Part shown: positions 12,645 through 25,495 of the stretch, one piece after another | How positions within the stretch are numbered: position 1 is the stretch's first letter | How the letters are laid out: each line of letters starts with the position of its first letter | Assembly: GCF_006345805.1 (NCBI RefSeq) | Contig: NC_043007.1 | Span: 15,810,001 to 15,874,000, forward strand | DNA from: Octopus sinensis | Taxonomy: Eukaryota | Length of the DNA: 64,000 bases | Direction: 5' to 3' | Translations under genes and position numbers: made by a program | Notes under the pieces: generated by a model | Told to the model about the DNA's origin: nothing | The model's database searches: none | The model's input: only the letters and a program-made list of their open reading frames with translations

Positions 12645-12924
12645 CTTTCTTTATTGGCCACACAGGGCTGAACACAGAGGGGACAAATACAAATGTAGAG
12701 CTTTTCTTGTCGAAAATGAAAAAGAAAAAGAGAAAATAACGGAAAAAAAGTAAAGTTCCGATCAAAAGGGTCCGGAAAAAAAGGTGATCAAAAGGGATCG
12801 TGTATCACAGAAGAAATTTTTAAAATGTAAGAAGCAAGATTAGGTTTATCTGTGGAAAGAAAAGCCTACGGAAAAGACCACGGTAATCTCAGGCAAAGAG
12901 GGAATAAACACATGAGAGCAAAAT

Positions 12925-12987
<63 letters not shown>

Positions 12988-13690
12988 TACAGGATCATGC
13001 TCAGAAGCCGACAATGGTTGGACAATGCACGAGTATGTGCAGAATGGTTTCGTCGCTCTGACCGCATCTCGGGCAAGTCGGTCCGGTGTGTCTCGAACCG
13101 TGCCTGTAGAGCTTATCCCGAACTGCTAGGCCAGGGATCCTTGGTGATTGTCCATAGATCCCGGCCCGAAAGCTATCCTGAACAAGCGGGTCAGGTGTTT
13201 CTCATCGACGCCCAGATTCTGCCCGAGAACGTCGTCGCACCTCCCCTCCACTAATCCTTTATAGAACGCCTTTGTTGTAATGAAGTCGCACAAGTTTGGT
13301 CCCGGACAGCAGAATTGCTTGAGAGCAACGCGACACTCGCGGTGCCATTCGCCTAGCCTCGGTCTCTGTTTGATCCACGACTGCAGTTCGGCTAAGGAGA
13401 CGAGCTGCGGGAAAGTGCGCCGCACAAACGGCGACCACACCTGTTCACCGTCGTCTATGAAGCGCCTGAGATGCCGCAGTCTCAGCGCATGTCTGCGCAT
13501 CATCAACCACAGCATGCCTAGCCCTCCATTTAGCCGGTGTTAACAGCAAATGGATTGCCTAACCATCAGCGGAACAGTATGCGTTCCAGTTTGCTGATGG
13601 TAGGGTCGGGACAAGGCACGACGGTCAGACGGTACTCGGTGACGGATGCGATGTACGCGTTCGCCACCTTTGCACGTGGCTAGTTGCTGG
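12645..13690 (-). mobile_element. 5'-truncated, internally deleted Tx1/L1-clade LINE (ORF2 C-terminus plus 3' UTR)
   Basis: Minus strand gives RAKVANAYIASV...HRLNGGLGML... and the CCHC knuckle CPRCGQSDETILHILVHCP (~13020-13080); stops and frameshifts are present; the 3' end aataaagaaag runs into (TATC)n. Confidence 0.85.
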
Positions 13691-14103
13691 TTGAGAGTGG
13701 CCACCCTAGTCGTTATTCTCCATTTGGAGAGAGAGAAAGAAGGATGGATGGATGGTAGATAGATAGATAGAGATAGATAGATAGATAGATAGATTCATAG
13801 ATACATAGATAGATAGATAGATTCATACATAATTCCATACATGCATACAAACAGACATACGTACAAGCATGCATTCATACATACATACACACATATATAT
13901 ACATACATGCATACATATACATAAACATACATACATCTATCCATACATACATATATGCATATATGCATACATATATACACACATATATACATACATGCAT
14001 ACATGTATATATGTATATATATATACATATATACATACATACATACATTCATGCATACATGTATATATATATATATACATGCATACATACATACATACAT
14101 ACA

Positions 14104-14137
<34 letters not shown>

Positions 14138-14849
14138 CATACATATATACAGTATCATATTCTGTGTGTCATATTCTATTTATATACAGCATTGCTAGGC
14201 CAGTTCCTGCGATATTCCCCGAGATAACATCTCTTTTGGACGTAATGTGTTAAAAACAATAAATTTCGGAATGTGTTGTCCGTTCCTACGAGAACCCGTT
14301 ACTGAGGGTGTCCAAAACGGCCTGAAAGCATCGATCGTTCTTACTGGCAGCTTACTTCTTACTCTAATCTGTTCACCTTGAGTTTAATTAAATTTCGTTG
14401 ATTGGGGCAGTGTTTCACCGAAGTACCGTTTCCCTAATTAAATATCTCCTGTCTCCTCTCCCAACATTGCCTCGAATAGAGCCAAATTTTATTGAGATCA
14501 TAATCCACTCCCCATACTTCCCAGTTCACATCATCCTCTCCACCCCCTGCACGCTACTGCTTACATAACTCAACACATCTCCATCTGTATTTCCATTATA
14601 CCTCTAGACTTTGTTCCTCAGACATTATCTCTCATTTTGTATGTATTGCTAGTAAATCCTCTCACCCATTCTCTCTTTCCCTCTATCTCCTTCTCTCCCC
14701 ATCTCCCCCATGTACTCCTCTATCTCTCCCTCTTCCGCACCACTCTATCTATTTGCCTTTCGCCATCACTCTATTTCCCTTTCAACTCTCTTGCTTGGTC
14801 TCTCTCACTCTCTCTCTCTCTCTCTCTACTATAAACTATTATGTGCGTG

Positions 14850-14861
14850 TACATATATATC

Positions 14862-14896
<35 letters not shown>

Positions 14897-14928
14897 TATA
14901 TATACATATATATATATGTTTATATATA

Positions 14929-14960
<32 letters not shown>

Positions 14961-15102
14961 GTATATATTATAGATATATATACATATATATATATGTATA
15001 TATATATATATCATACATATATATATACATATATATTACATATATATATATGTATTATATATATATATGTATATATATATATAGATATACCATATATATA
15101 TG

Positions 15103-15136
<34 letters not shown>

Positions 15137-15203
15137 ATATATATATGTGTATATACATATATATATATATATATGTATATAATATATATATATTGTATAT
15201 AAC

Positions 15204-15275
<72 letters not shown>

Positions 15276-15410
15276 GATATATATATATAATGTATATATA
15301 TATACAATATATACATATATATATATATACATGCATATAGATATGTATATGTATGCACATACACGCACATCCATGCATACATACAGATAGATAGATAGAT
15401 AGATACTTCT
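14850..15410. repeat. Long compound (TA)n microsatellite
   Basis: Direct reading. Confidence 0.95.
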
Positions 15411-15705
15411 TATACACTTCTGTGTGCATATATGCCTGCGTGATTGTGAATGCTGCAGGTTTCAATCACACATACACAAACACACAAACAAACAAACACA
15501 TACAGAGGTCGTTGCACCAAATGTACCAAAGGTTCCCCTTTTAGGCGAAGGAAATATACTCTACCTGCTCCATTTCCATAATAGGGGATCTTGTTGACCC
15601 TTTTCATCAATTTGACGTTAGGCGTTCGTCACTGCGCTCATACATTTCTATATACACTTATACATACATGAATATGTACTTATGTATGTAGTGCTGTGCT
15701 TATAT

Positions 15706-15750
<45 letters not shown>

Positions 15751-15857
15751 TATATATATATATACATACATACATCTATATATATATATAATACATACAT
15801 ACTATATATACATATATATACATACATACATAGATATAAATATATACATACATACCT

Positions 15858-15923
<66 letters not shown>

Positions 15924-16305
15924 TAAAGCATGCATGCCTGGATGAAAATATTCAATTATTAGAATTATGTATATTTATGTACATGCAGCCATGTATACAT
16001 GCATGTATAACATTTAAAGGATTACCGGAAAATAAGCAAAACATTTGCATTTAAACATACATACACAAACACATGCACATTCATACACACTCACACACAC
16101 ACACATATAGAACAAACAGTGAAATGGATCGGATGAAAGCAGCATTAATTTTCTTGGGTTGTTCAATTTGCTTCAGTTGATCAGAAGACCATTGAGTAAA
16201 GCTATCGGTAATGTAACTATAATGACTCCTCGAAACAGCTGTAAGACAAATTTCCTCCAATAAAGGAATATGTAATAACTATTATTTGTAATTTGTTTTT
16301 GATAT

Positions 16306-16477
16306 ATAGCGTAGGAGTGGCTGTGTGGTAAGTAGCTTGCTTACCAACTACCTGGTTCCGAGTTCAGTCCTACTGCGTGGCACCTTTGGCAAGTGTCTTC
16401 TACTGTAGCCTCGGGCCGACCAAAGCCCTCTGAGTCGATTTGGTAGACGGAAACTGAAAGAAGCCCGTCGTATATAG

Positions 16478-16515
<38 letters not shown>

Positions 16516-16745
16516 GTGTGTGTGTGTGTGTGTATGTTTGTGAGTCTGTGTTTGTCCTCCCAATATCGCTTGACAACCGATGCTGATGTGTTTACTTCTC
16601 ATTAACTTAGAGGTTTGGCAAAAGAGACCGATAGAATAAGTACTAGGCTTACAAAGAATAAGTACTGGGGTCGATATGCTCGACTAAAGGTGGAGCTCCA
16701 GCATGGCCACACTCAAATATCTGAAACAAATAAAAGAGTAAAAGC
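16306..16745 (+). mobile_element. tRNA-derived SINE family C with an internal microsatellite
   Basis: Head gcgtaggagtggctgtgtggtaagtagc, CORE-like tttggcaagtgtctt, internal (TA)(TG) tract, tail gctccagcatggccac...taaaagag. Confidence 0.85.
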
Positions 16746-17061
16746 GTAAGTGCGAAATTGAATAATCAGAATTTGAACTCAGAACACAGCGACAAACGAA
16801 ATCCCACTAAGCATTTCTACCGGCATGCTAACGTTTCTGCCATCTCACCGTCATCCTTCCTCCCTTCCTTCCTTAATGCATTTTTTATGGAAATGAATTC
16901 TTGTTTTAGTGACAGTGTGTAGACAGATCCTGCACACACAGCAATCCACTATCAACAGACAAAGAGAAGTTAGGATGTTAAGGCTATTACTTTTATACAC
17001 GTTGGTGTTGATGCACAAATTAGAGCCAATGTTTCTCAAACCCAGCTTATATGACGTACAG

Positions 17062-17441
17062 TGGAGGCGCAATGGCCCAGTGGTTAGGGCAGCGGACTCG
17101 CGGTCGTAGGATCGCGGTTTCGATTCCCAGACCGGGCGTTGTGAGTGTTTATTGAGCGAAAACACCTAAAAGCTCCACGAGGCTCCGGCAGGGATGGTGG
17201 TGATCCCTGCTGTACTCTTTCACCACAACTTTCTCTCACTCTTTCTTCCTGTTTCTGTTGTACCTGTATTTCAAAGGGCCGGCCTTGTCACTCTCTGTGT
17301 CACGCTGAATATCCCCGAGAACTACGTTAAGGTACACGTGTCTGTGGAGTGCTCAGCCACTTAAACATTAATTTCACGAGCAGGCCGTTCCGTTGATCGG
17401 ATCAACCGGAACCCTCGTCGTCGTAACCGACGGAGTGCTTC
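17062..17441 (+). mobile_element. tRNA-derived SINE family B (resembles the octopus OR-type SINEs)
   Basis: A box tggcccagtggtt, B box gtttcgattcc, tail cggagtgcttc, target duplication atgacgtaca. Confidence 0.9.
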
Positions 17442-17548
17442 GATGACGTACAACCCAATTACTTTTTCACCTATAAATGTAAATCTCTAATATTAAAAAT
17501 CATTGTTCAGAAAAGGATGATTAATTTACAACTAAGAATAATTACTCT

Positions 17549-17761
17549 TATTTCTTTGCTACCCACAAGGGGCTAAACACAGAGAGGACAAACAAGGACA
17601 GATAAACGGATTAAGTCGATTATATCGACCCCAGTGCGTAACTGGTACTTATTTAATCGCAAAGTCGACCTCGGCGGAATTTGAACTCAGAACGTAACAG
17701 CAGATGAAATACGGCTACGCATTTCGCCCGGCGTGCTAACGACTCTGCCACCTCACCACCT
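17549..17761 (-). mobile_element. SINE family A
   Basis: Reverse complement of head and tail; core partly deleted. Confidence 0.85.
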
Positions 17762-18492
17762 ACAAATAAGAACAATTATTTTGTTAATATAAGTGTATTT
17801 CCTTGTACAAATCTTAGCAAAGGGTTCAATTAGATAAGATAATATGCGAGGATGTGTGGGTGGATCCAAACACATAAATAGATTCTTAGTGCATTCATCT
17901 TTACATAACTGTTTGTATACAAGTGTTGTAATGTCAGGAAGAAAGCTTCGCCAAAACAATGGCGGGCGTATGGTGAGCTTTACAATTTGTTGAAAATTTC
18001 AGCCATTTCTTTCTTTTACGCGAAGTAATAAAACAATAAATAGTTAATAAGAAACAGTTTTAGCAGATAGGTCAGAAGGAAGCTTGGTGAACGGGGAGGA
18101 TTGGGTGAAGGTTGAGAAAGTAAAAAAAAAAAAATAGATTTGAGGTTTTATTCGATATAGGTCGCCATAAGTTCACATTGAAAACAATAGTTTAGGATAG
18201 TTCAGAGTATCTTGTGAATGAATTGACTTTTACAGTGTTTTTATTCGAAAAAATGTTAAAGTGTCATGGAATTTATATGATGAAAATATTGAACTTTCTA
18301 AATAACTATGTGTAGAGTGGGGTGCTAGTTTCTAAAATAATTTTGTGCATATATGTGTGTAGATGGAAAGAACTACTGTAGGTTTATGTATTTTAAATTG
18401 TCCATGAGAATCACGTTTGTGGTTAACTCATTTAGCAGAATAAAAAGTTGAAAATGTTTCTTCTTTACTTATACGTACTACTGAATTGCTAG

Positions 18493-18847
18493 AGGAGGCG
18501 CAATGGCCCAGTGGTTAGGGCAGCGGACTCGCGGTCGTAGGATCGCGGTTTCGATTCCCAGACCGGGCGTTGTGAGTGTTTATTGAGCGAAAACACCTAA
18601 AGCTCCACGAGGCTGTACTCTTTCACCACAACTTTCTCTCACTCTTACTTCCTGTTTCTGTTGTACCTGTATTTCAAGGGGCCGGCCTTGTCACTTTCTG
18701 TGTCACGCTGAATATCCCCGAGAACTACGTTAAGGGTGCACGTGTCTGTGGAGTGCTCAGCCACTTACACGTTAATTTCACGAGCAGGCTGTTCCGTTGA
18801 TTCGGATCAACCGGAACCCTCATCGTCGTAACCGACGGAGTGCTTCC
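18493..18847 (+). mobile_element. SINE family B
   Basis: Near-identical to 17062-17441; target duplication actgaattgct. Confidence 0.9.
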
Positions 18848-19105
18848 ACCACTGAATTGCTGAAGGCTTAAAGAAGCCTCATAAATAAATAAGGTAAATT
18901 TTAATGAGAACTAAAGGTACTTTAGAGTAATTATTTTAAATGTATAAAGATATGGCTTACAGTAAACTTTATACTATCGAATAGAGAGGCAATAATATAT
19001 ATTTCTTTATTGCCCACAAGGGGGCTAAACAGTCATTTTCGTACGTTTGTCATTCAAAGTCGCGAGAAACATTAGCGTCATGAAGTTAGTCAATTTCGCC
19101 CTTAC

Positions 19106-19313
19106 GCTTTTACTCTTTTACTTGTTTCAGATATTTGATTGTGGCCATGCTGGAGCACCACCTTTAGTCGAGCATATCGACCCCAGGACTTATTCTTTGT
19201 AAGCCTAGTACTTATTGTATCGGTCTCTTTTGCCGAAGCGCTAAGTTACGGAGACGTAGACAAACCAGCATCAGTTGTCAAGCGATGTTGGGGGGACAAA
19301 CACAGACACACAA

Positions 19314-19363
<50 letters not shown>

Positions 19364-19569
19364 TATATATATATATATATTATATATATATATTTACATA
19401 TATACGACGGTCTTCTTTCAGTTTCTGTCTACCAAATCCACTCACAAGGCTTTTGTCGGCCCGAGGCTATAGTAGAAGACACTTACCCAAGGTGCCACGC
19501 AGTAGAACTGAACCCGGAACCATGTGATTGGTAAGCAAGCTACTTACCACACAGCCACTCCCACGCCTA
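19106..19569 (-). mobile_element. SINE family C inserted into the left TIR
   Basis: Reverse complement of the family C head, internal microsatellite and tail. Confidence 0.9.
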
Positions 19570-19690
19570 ATTTCGTTCGAAGAATTTAGCATTTACATCG
19601 CTCAAATAAAAATGCCCATCGAGAGCATTCAAATTAGTCGGAATGCGAGGAAGCGTCTTTATGAGCATTCAAATTAGCACGCGAGCATTC

Positions 19691-19850
19691 GAGGTGATAG
19701 AAGCTATAGCGGACTGCGGGGTAGGTAAGGCGCCGGGTCTTGATGGTCTGCCTTATGAATTGTATAATAAGTATGCCAGACTTGTTCGGGCACCTACTGC
19801 CTAGTGTGTACACGAACTGACAGCAGAATGAGATGATTCCCAGATCTGTG
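19691..19850 (+). mobile_element. Short LINE ORF2 fragment (region just upstream of the RT core)
   Basis: Reads EVIEAIADCGVGKAPGLDGLPYELY, matching the KxPGxDG motif. Confidence 0.75.
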
Positions 19851-21133
19851 CACCTTACCTACGCCGCAGTACGCTATAGCCTCTATCACCTCGAATGCTC
19901 CCGTGCAAAATTGAATGCTCATGTGCCGACATGTTCCCAACGGATGAATCCGTCTACTTGATCTACGACAAAGCGCAGCCACACGTTCGTCCGAGCTCCC
20001 AGCTGACGTTAACTCCCGGATCAGTTTGAAACTCCTGCCTCCCTACTTGCCGTTTCCTAACTGTAGGGAAATGGCGCATTCTGCCTTTAAGGCGGCTGTC
20101 AAGCAGGACCTCGCTCGAGATGAGTTGCAGCAAAGGGTTGGCGACCAAGCAGCTGCAGAAGAAGCCGGCATGACCATCGAAGAATGGCGTGCACATGTCA
20201 TACAACGGGTCGCAAGGCGAAATATCGACGCTATCACTCCACAAAAAATGTGTTCGTTGGTATAGACATACGCAGACCTACCTCCCGAGATACCTCAACT
20301 GCCAGGAAATAGACGTCTAAGTCCTCTCAAATTAACTCTCCTTAACAAGACTGTAAATCAATAACTATCTTAGTGTACATAGCACCCTTTCCCCGATGAC
20401 AGAAAAAATTCAAAATCAAAGAAATATATACTTTTCACAAGACATTTTATGCAAAGGAAATCAAAGGAAACGAGCATTTGTTGTAATAGTGGGTTTCTTT
20501 AAAAGATTGAAAAGGCTGGAATGCAATTTCATGAAGTCTTTAACAATAAACACATGTACCTATGCAAAAATAAAAGAATACATAGAAAAGACATGGGCAC
20601 GATAGAGTGCTTAAAGCGTAAACAACGGATGAAAACATATGATTATGATGACAATTATCATGAGATAGAATCAAAAACAGCTATGGTGCTAATTTGATTA
20701 CTCGAAGTGTTAAACAGATTGCTCCGAAACTAATTTGAATGCTCGAAAAGACTCTTCCTCGCATTCTATCTAATTTGAATGCTCTCGACGGGCATTTTAA
20801 TTTCAATGGTGTAAATGCTAAATTCTTTGGCCGAAGTGCGAAATAGAATAATCGTAAAACGAATTTCATGGCGCTAATTTTTTTTGCGACTTTGAATGAC
20901 CCGATTATCAAATTGAATGACAAACGTACGAAAATGACTGCAAAATCCTATATTATCAGAAAGGAAGATAAATGGTAAATGCTCGAGAAGACATAATAGT
21001 AAATGGTTTGATAATATCAAGGACTGGACCAAGCTTTAATGTGGTGAATGTGTAAAAATGGCGGAGAAAAGACGCGGATATCCCTGACTGAGAGCTGATT
21101 GATGCCCAATGAATAGATAGATAGAGAGATAGA

Positions 21134-21237
<104 letters not shown>

Positions 21238-21716
21238 CAGCCACTACAAAACACACGGGAAATAAGGCTAAAGTACAAAATGCCCTTATGGAAATCTAAA
21301 AACTTAGTATTTGCTTATGCTTAAATACCAAAATACACAAATATACCATAAATAAATAAATTGAATTAAATTGTATCTTTAAAATATAGGTTGATTTGGT
21401 TGAGTGCTATATAAATTTAATTAAGTGTATAGAATGATTTATATATGGTAATAAATATAGGAATCTAAAGGGAGATTCCTATATAAATATATAAAAGGTG
21501 CAATAAGGGACTAAGTCCCTATTACTTTGTTATAAATAATACATCTTAATCATCGGAAAATATATTTGCGATCAGTCACACTAGCAAGTATTAATCTCAA
21601 AACTACAGTCATAGCCCTCTGGTGAGTGATTTTTTATACCTTCTTTGTAATCTCTAGATAAATAGATAGAGAGACAGAGATGGACACGTACAAACATACA
21701 TACATACATATATGTG

Positions 21717-21770
<54 letters not shown>

Positions 21771-21971
21771 ATATAGACATGTTGCATTATGTATGTAAAT
21801 ATTTATATACATTTTATGTATACATATATATATACGTTATATATATACATATATATACATATATGTATGTATTATGTATGTAGAAATATTTATATACATT
21901 TTATATAATACATTTATATATACATATATGTATGGATGTATAGTATAATAATGTATGTATACATTTTATAT

Positions 21972-22004
<33 letters not shown>

Positions 22005-22034
22005 CTATATGTACATATATACGTATATATATAT

Positions 22035-22070
<36 letters not shown>

Positions 22071-22242
22071 CATTATTGGTGAATTGAAGAAATGGAGCTG
22101 AACGCAGATTGAACAGAAATCGTTTTATTTCATTCTACACGTGTTTCGAAAGGCACAAATTACCATGGGCTCTTAGGAGCTTAGTTCGATTTGTTTTTGC
22201 TCCGCCTCTGTTCTGTTTTTGTTTTTCCAACGGATTTCCCTT

Positions 22243-22331
22243 TTTCTTCCTGAAGAGAAAGACACAATATGGTCCCATTATTCAATCGGATTTTGGTAAT
22301 TTGTGCCTTTCGAAACACGTGTAGAATGAAA
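22243..22331 (+). ncRNA. Type I hammerhead ribozyme motif
   Basis: tttcttc-CTGAAGA-gaaagacacaa...ttgtgcctttc-GAAA-cacgtg-TA-gaatgaaa; palindromic stem III; AATAAA immediately downstream. Confidence 0.75.
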
Positions 22332-22583
22332 TAAAACGATTTCTGTTCAATCTGCGTTCAGCTCCATTTCTTCAATTCACCAATAATGTTTTAATTTCAG
22401 TTATCCGCACCAACGCACGGTTGCAACGCCAGATGGTTGTACCTCCAACCGTGCTGTTTACTGCTGTGATTTTTGCTACTAAGTATCGGTTAAACTTTTG
22501 ATTAATCTACTACAAGATTATTCATCTTTCTATTTCACAAATTATATATATATATATATACACATATATATACGTATAAATAC

Positions 22584-22627
<44 letters not shown>

Positions 22628-22649
22628 TATGTATGTATGTATGTATGTA

Positions 22650-22731
<82 letters not shown>

Positions 22732-22866
22732 TGTAGTGGGGTCGTATGTATATTAATGAGTTTTAACATCACTGCTAATCAATAAATACCAATTATCACT
22801 GCACCATTATAAACATGTTTTATCATTGTCTCAATCATGCTCCCCCTCTCTCACTTTTGTTTGATG

Positions 22867-22942
<76 letters not shown>

Positions 22943-22967
22943 CATAGCTATATATATATATATATAT

Positions 22968-23049
<82 letters not shown>

Positions 23050-23060
23050 TAGAGAGAGAC

Positions 23061-23100
<40 letters not shown>

Positions 23101-23104
<4 letters not shown>

Positions 23105-23575
23105 CTTACATAAACGGGTACAGGACGTCACCAACGGTTCAAACAACATGAAATACGTAAACAACGAGAAAAAATGGAAAATAGGACAACTAAACACAGA
23201 GAAAGGACCCTTCATCAGTTGTCGGCTGTCTATCTATTCCTCAAAGACAGTTGTTCTAAATTAAAATTTAGGGTTTCTGGAGAGTCAAAGTTGGGAGCAA
23301 ATACATGACAGTGGAGACATAGAAGGAAGCCGAACGAAAACAAATATGGAGGATCGTTAGACCAGAACGAGAGGAAAATAGTGAACCCTAGGAGAAACAT
23401 TTTTTGAAAAGAGAAAGATAGAAGAGGGAGAACAAACGTCCGCTCTTTTGAACGTCCGCGCAGGAAAAGAAAGATGGTCACATGAGGAGAAGAAAGGTGG
23501 ACGAAGGTCACGCGTGTGAGTAGAGAGAGAGGGAGAAAGAGGAGTGAGAGAAAGAGAGACATTTAAAAAATGTTG
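23101..23575 (-). mobile_element. (TA)n-embedded non-coding element, architecturally similar to the 7994-10071 unit
   Basis: Flanked by (TA)n; the minus strand has a CT-rich 5' part and caactgatgaaggg...gtcctgtaccc near its 3' end. Confidence 0.45.
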
Positions 23576-23597
23576 ATATATATATATATATATATAT

Positions 23598-23731
23598 CGG
23601 TTTGAAAAAGAGACCGATAGAATAAGTACTAGACTTCCAAAGAATAAGTCCTAGGGTCGATTTATTCGACTAAAGGCGGTGCTCCATTATGGCCGCAGTC
23701 AAATTACTGAATTGTGTCAAAGAGTAAAAGA
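23598..23731 (+). mobile_element. SINE family C, 3' half
   Basis: agagaccgatagaataagtact...ggtgctccattatggccgcagtc...taaaag. Confidence 0.8.
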
Positions 23732-23732
23732 A

Positions 23733-23772
<40 letters not shown>

Positions 23773-23799
23773 GCGCGCACAGATGTACACGCACATACA

Positions 23800-23903
23800 C
23801 ACATACACACACATACACGCGCACGCGTTGCATATCTTTACGATGTGTGCGCCAGCGTTTCGGTACTTATCTTTATGATAGGCAGATAGATAGATAGATA
23901 GAT

Positions 23904-23954
<51 letters not shown>

Positions 23955-24159
23955 GGTATGTATGTATGTGTATAATGTTTATAATATGATGCAAATTGTT
24001 TTAACTTATTTGCCCCAAAATTATACGGTTCGTCAAAGTGTATTGCACTTTTACACACACACACACACGCACACACACATACACACACATACACGCGCAC
24101 GCGTTGCATATCTTTACGATGTGTGCGCCAGCGTTTCGGTACTTATCTTTATGATAGGC

Positions 24160-24231
<72 letters not shown>

Positions 24232-24357
24232 GGTATGTATGTATGTGTATAATGTTTATAATATGATGCAAATTGTTTTAACTTATTTGCCCCAAAATTA
24301 TACGGTTCGTCAAAGTGTATTGCACTTTTACACACACACACACACGCACACACACAT

Positions 24358-24370
<13 letters not shown>
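23800..24370. repeat. Tandem duplication, period about 276 bp
   Basis: gcacgcgttgcatatctttacg at 23821 and 24097; the downstream sequence is duplicated, with variable (GATA)n length. Confidence 0.9.
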
Positions 24371-24414
<44 letters not shown>

Positions 24415-24855
24415 ATATGAAAAGGCTGATAATATAAATGTACATGCGCACATGTACGATGGAGGCCATTAAGTGAAAAACTTCAGGTTTTATTATATCT
24501 TGTTTTATAAAGAAGATGTGGTTTACCCTCATCGATTATTCAATTAAAACTGCTTATCCTACTAGCAACACTGCCAGAGATTGACTATGGGTCGCCAAAT
24601 ATCCTCCATCGTAATGTTTGTTCGTTTTCGAAACGGATTTTCAAATCAGGAATATATAGATTCTTGTAATTAGAACAAATTTAATGTTTAATCGATGTCT
24701 ATTGCGTTCAAGTAAATTTTATATTCCAAGATATTCCATCTTCGATCTTCGAGGTTTTGTTTTCTTTTAGCTGCTATACAGGAAAGCGTGTCCGTTTTGC
24801 TTACGAGGCTGGTGATAGAATCAAGAAAACTGCTGTTGAGCCATTGTATATATGC

Positions 24856-25008
24856 TCTTTACTCTTTTACTCTTTTACTTGTTTCAGTCATTTGACTGCG
24901 GCCATGCTGGAGCACCGCCTTTAGTCGAGCAACTCGACCCCGGGACTTATTCTTTGTAAGCCCAGTACTTATTGTATCGGTCTCTTTTGCCGAACCGCTA
25001 AGTGACCG
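24856..25008 (-). mobile_element. SINE family C, 3' half
   Basis: Reverse complement of the family C tail. Confidence 0.85.
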
Positions 25009-25016
25009 CTATATAT

Positions 25017-25495
25017 ATTTCTTTACTGCCCACAAGGGGCTAAACATAGAGGGGACAAACAAGGACAGACACACGGATTAAGTCGATTACATCGACCCCA
25101 GTGCGAAACTGGTACTTTATTTATCGACCCAGAAAGGATGAAAGTCAAAGTCGACCTCGGCGGAATTTGAACTCAGAACGTAACGACAGACGAAATACCT
25201 ATTTCTTTACTACCCTCAAGGAGCTAAACACAGAGGAGACAAACAAGGATAGACAGACAGATTAAGTCGACCATATCAACCCCAGTGCGTAACTGGTACT
25301 TAATTTATCGACCCCGATAAACGGATTAAGTCGATTATATCGACCCCGGTGCGTAACTGGTACTTATTTAATCGACCCCGAAAGGATGAAAGGCAAAGTC
25401 GACCTCTACGGAATTTGAACTCACAACGTTGCGACAGGTGAAATACCGCTAAGCGTTTCGCCCGGCGTGCTAACGATTCCGCCAGCTCGCCGCCT
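25017..25495 (-). mobile_element. SINE family A, multimeric copy
   Basis: Repeated core and tail blocks; head ends at 25495. Confidence 0.85.

Larger units (their letters stand above)
19030..20940 (+). mobile_element. Degenerate IS630/Tc1-type DNA transposon with long (~200-bp) TIRs
   Basis: Termini CAGTCATTTTCGTACGTTTGTCATTCAA and its reverse complement at 20913-20940; inner arms 19570-19680 and 20720-20845; transposase remnant IYDKAQPH...LPPYLPFPNCREMAHSAFK at ~19960-20300, resembling the DNA..H and LPPYSPxLNPIE motifs. Confidence 0.7.

Noticed and set aside
17062-17140. tRNA-like sequences at SINE heads
   Set aside because: They have A and B boxes but run into SINE bodies with target duplications, so they are not tRNA genes
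24600-24840. Possible mariner remnant or exon
   Set aside because: Only faint motif resemblance, and no clear splice donor
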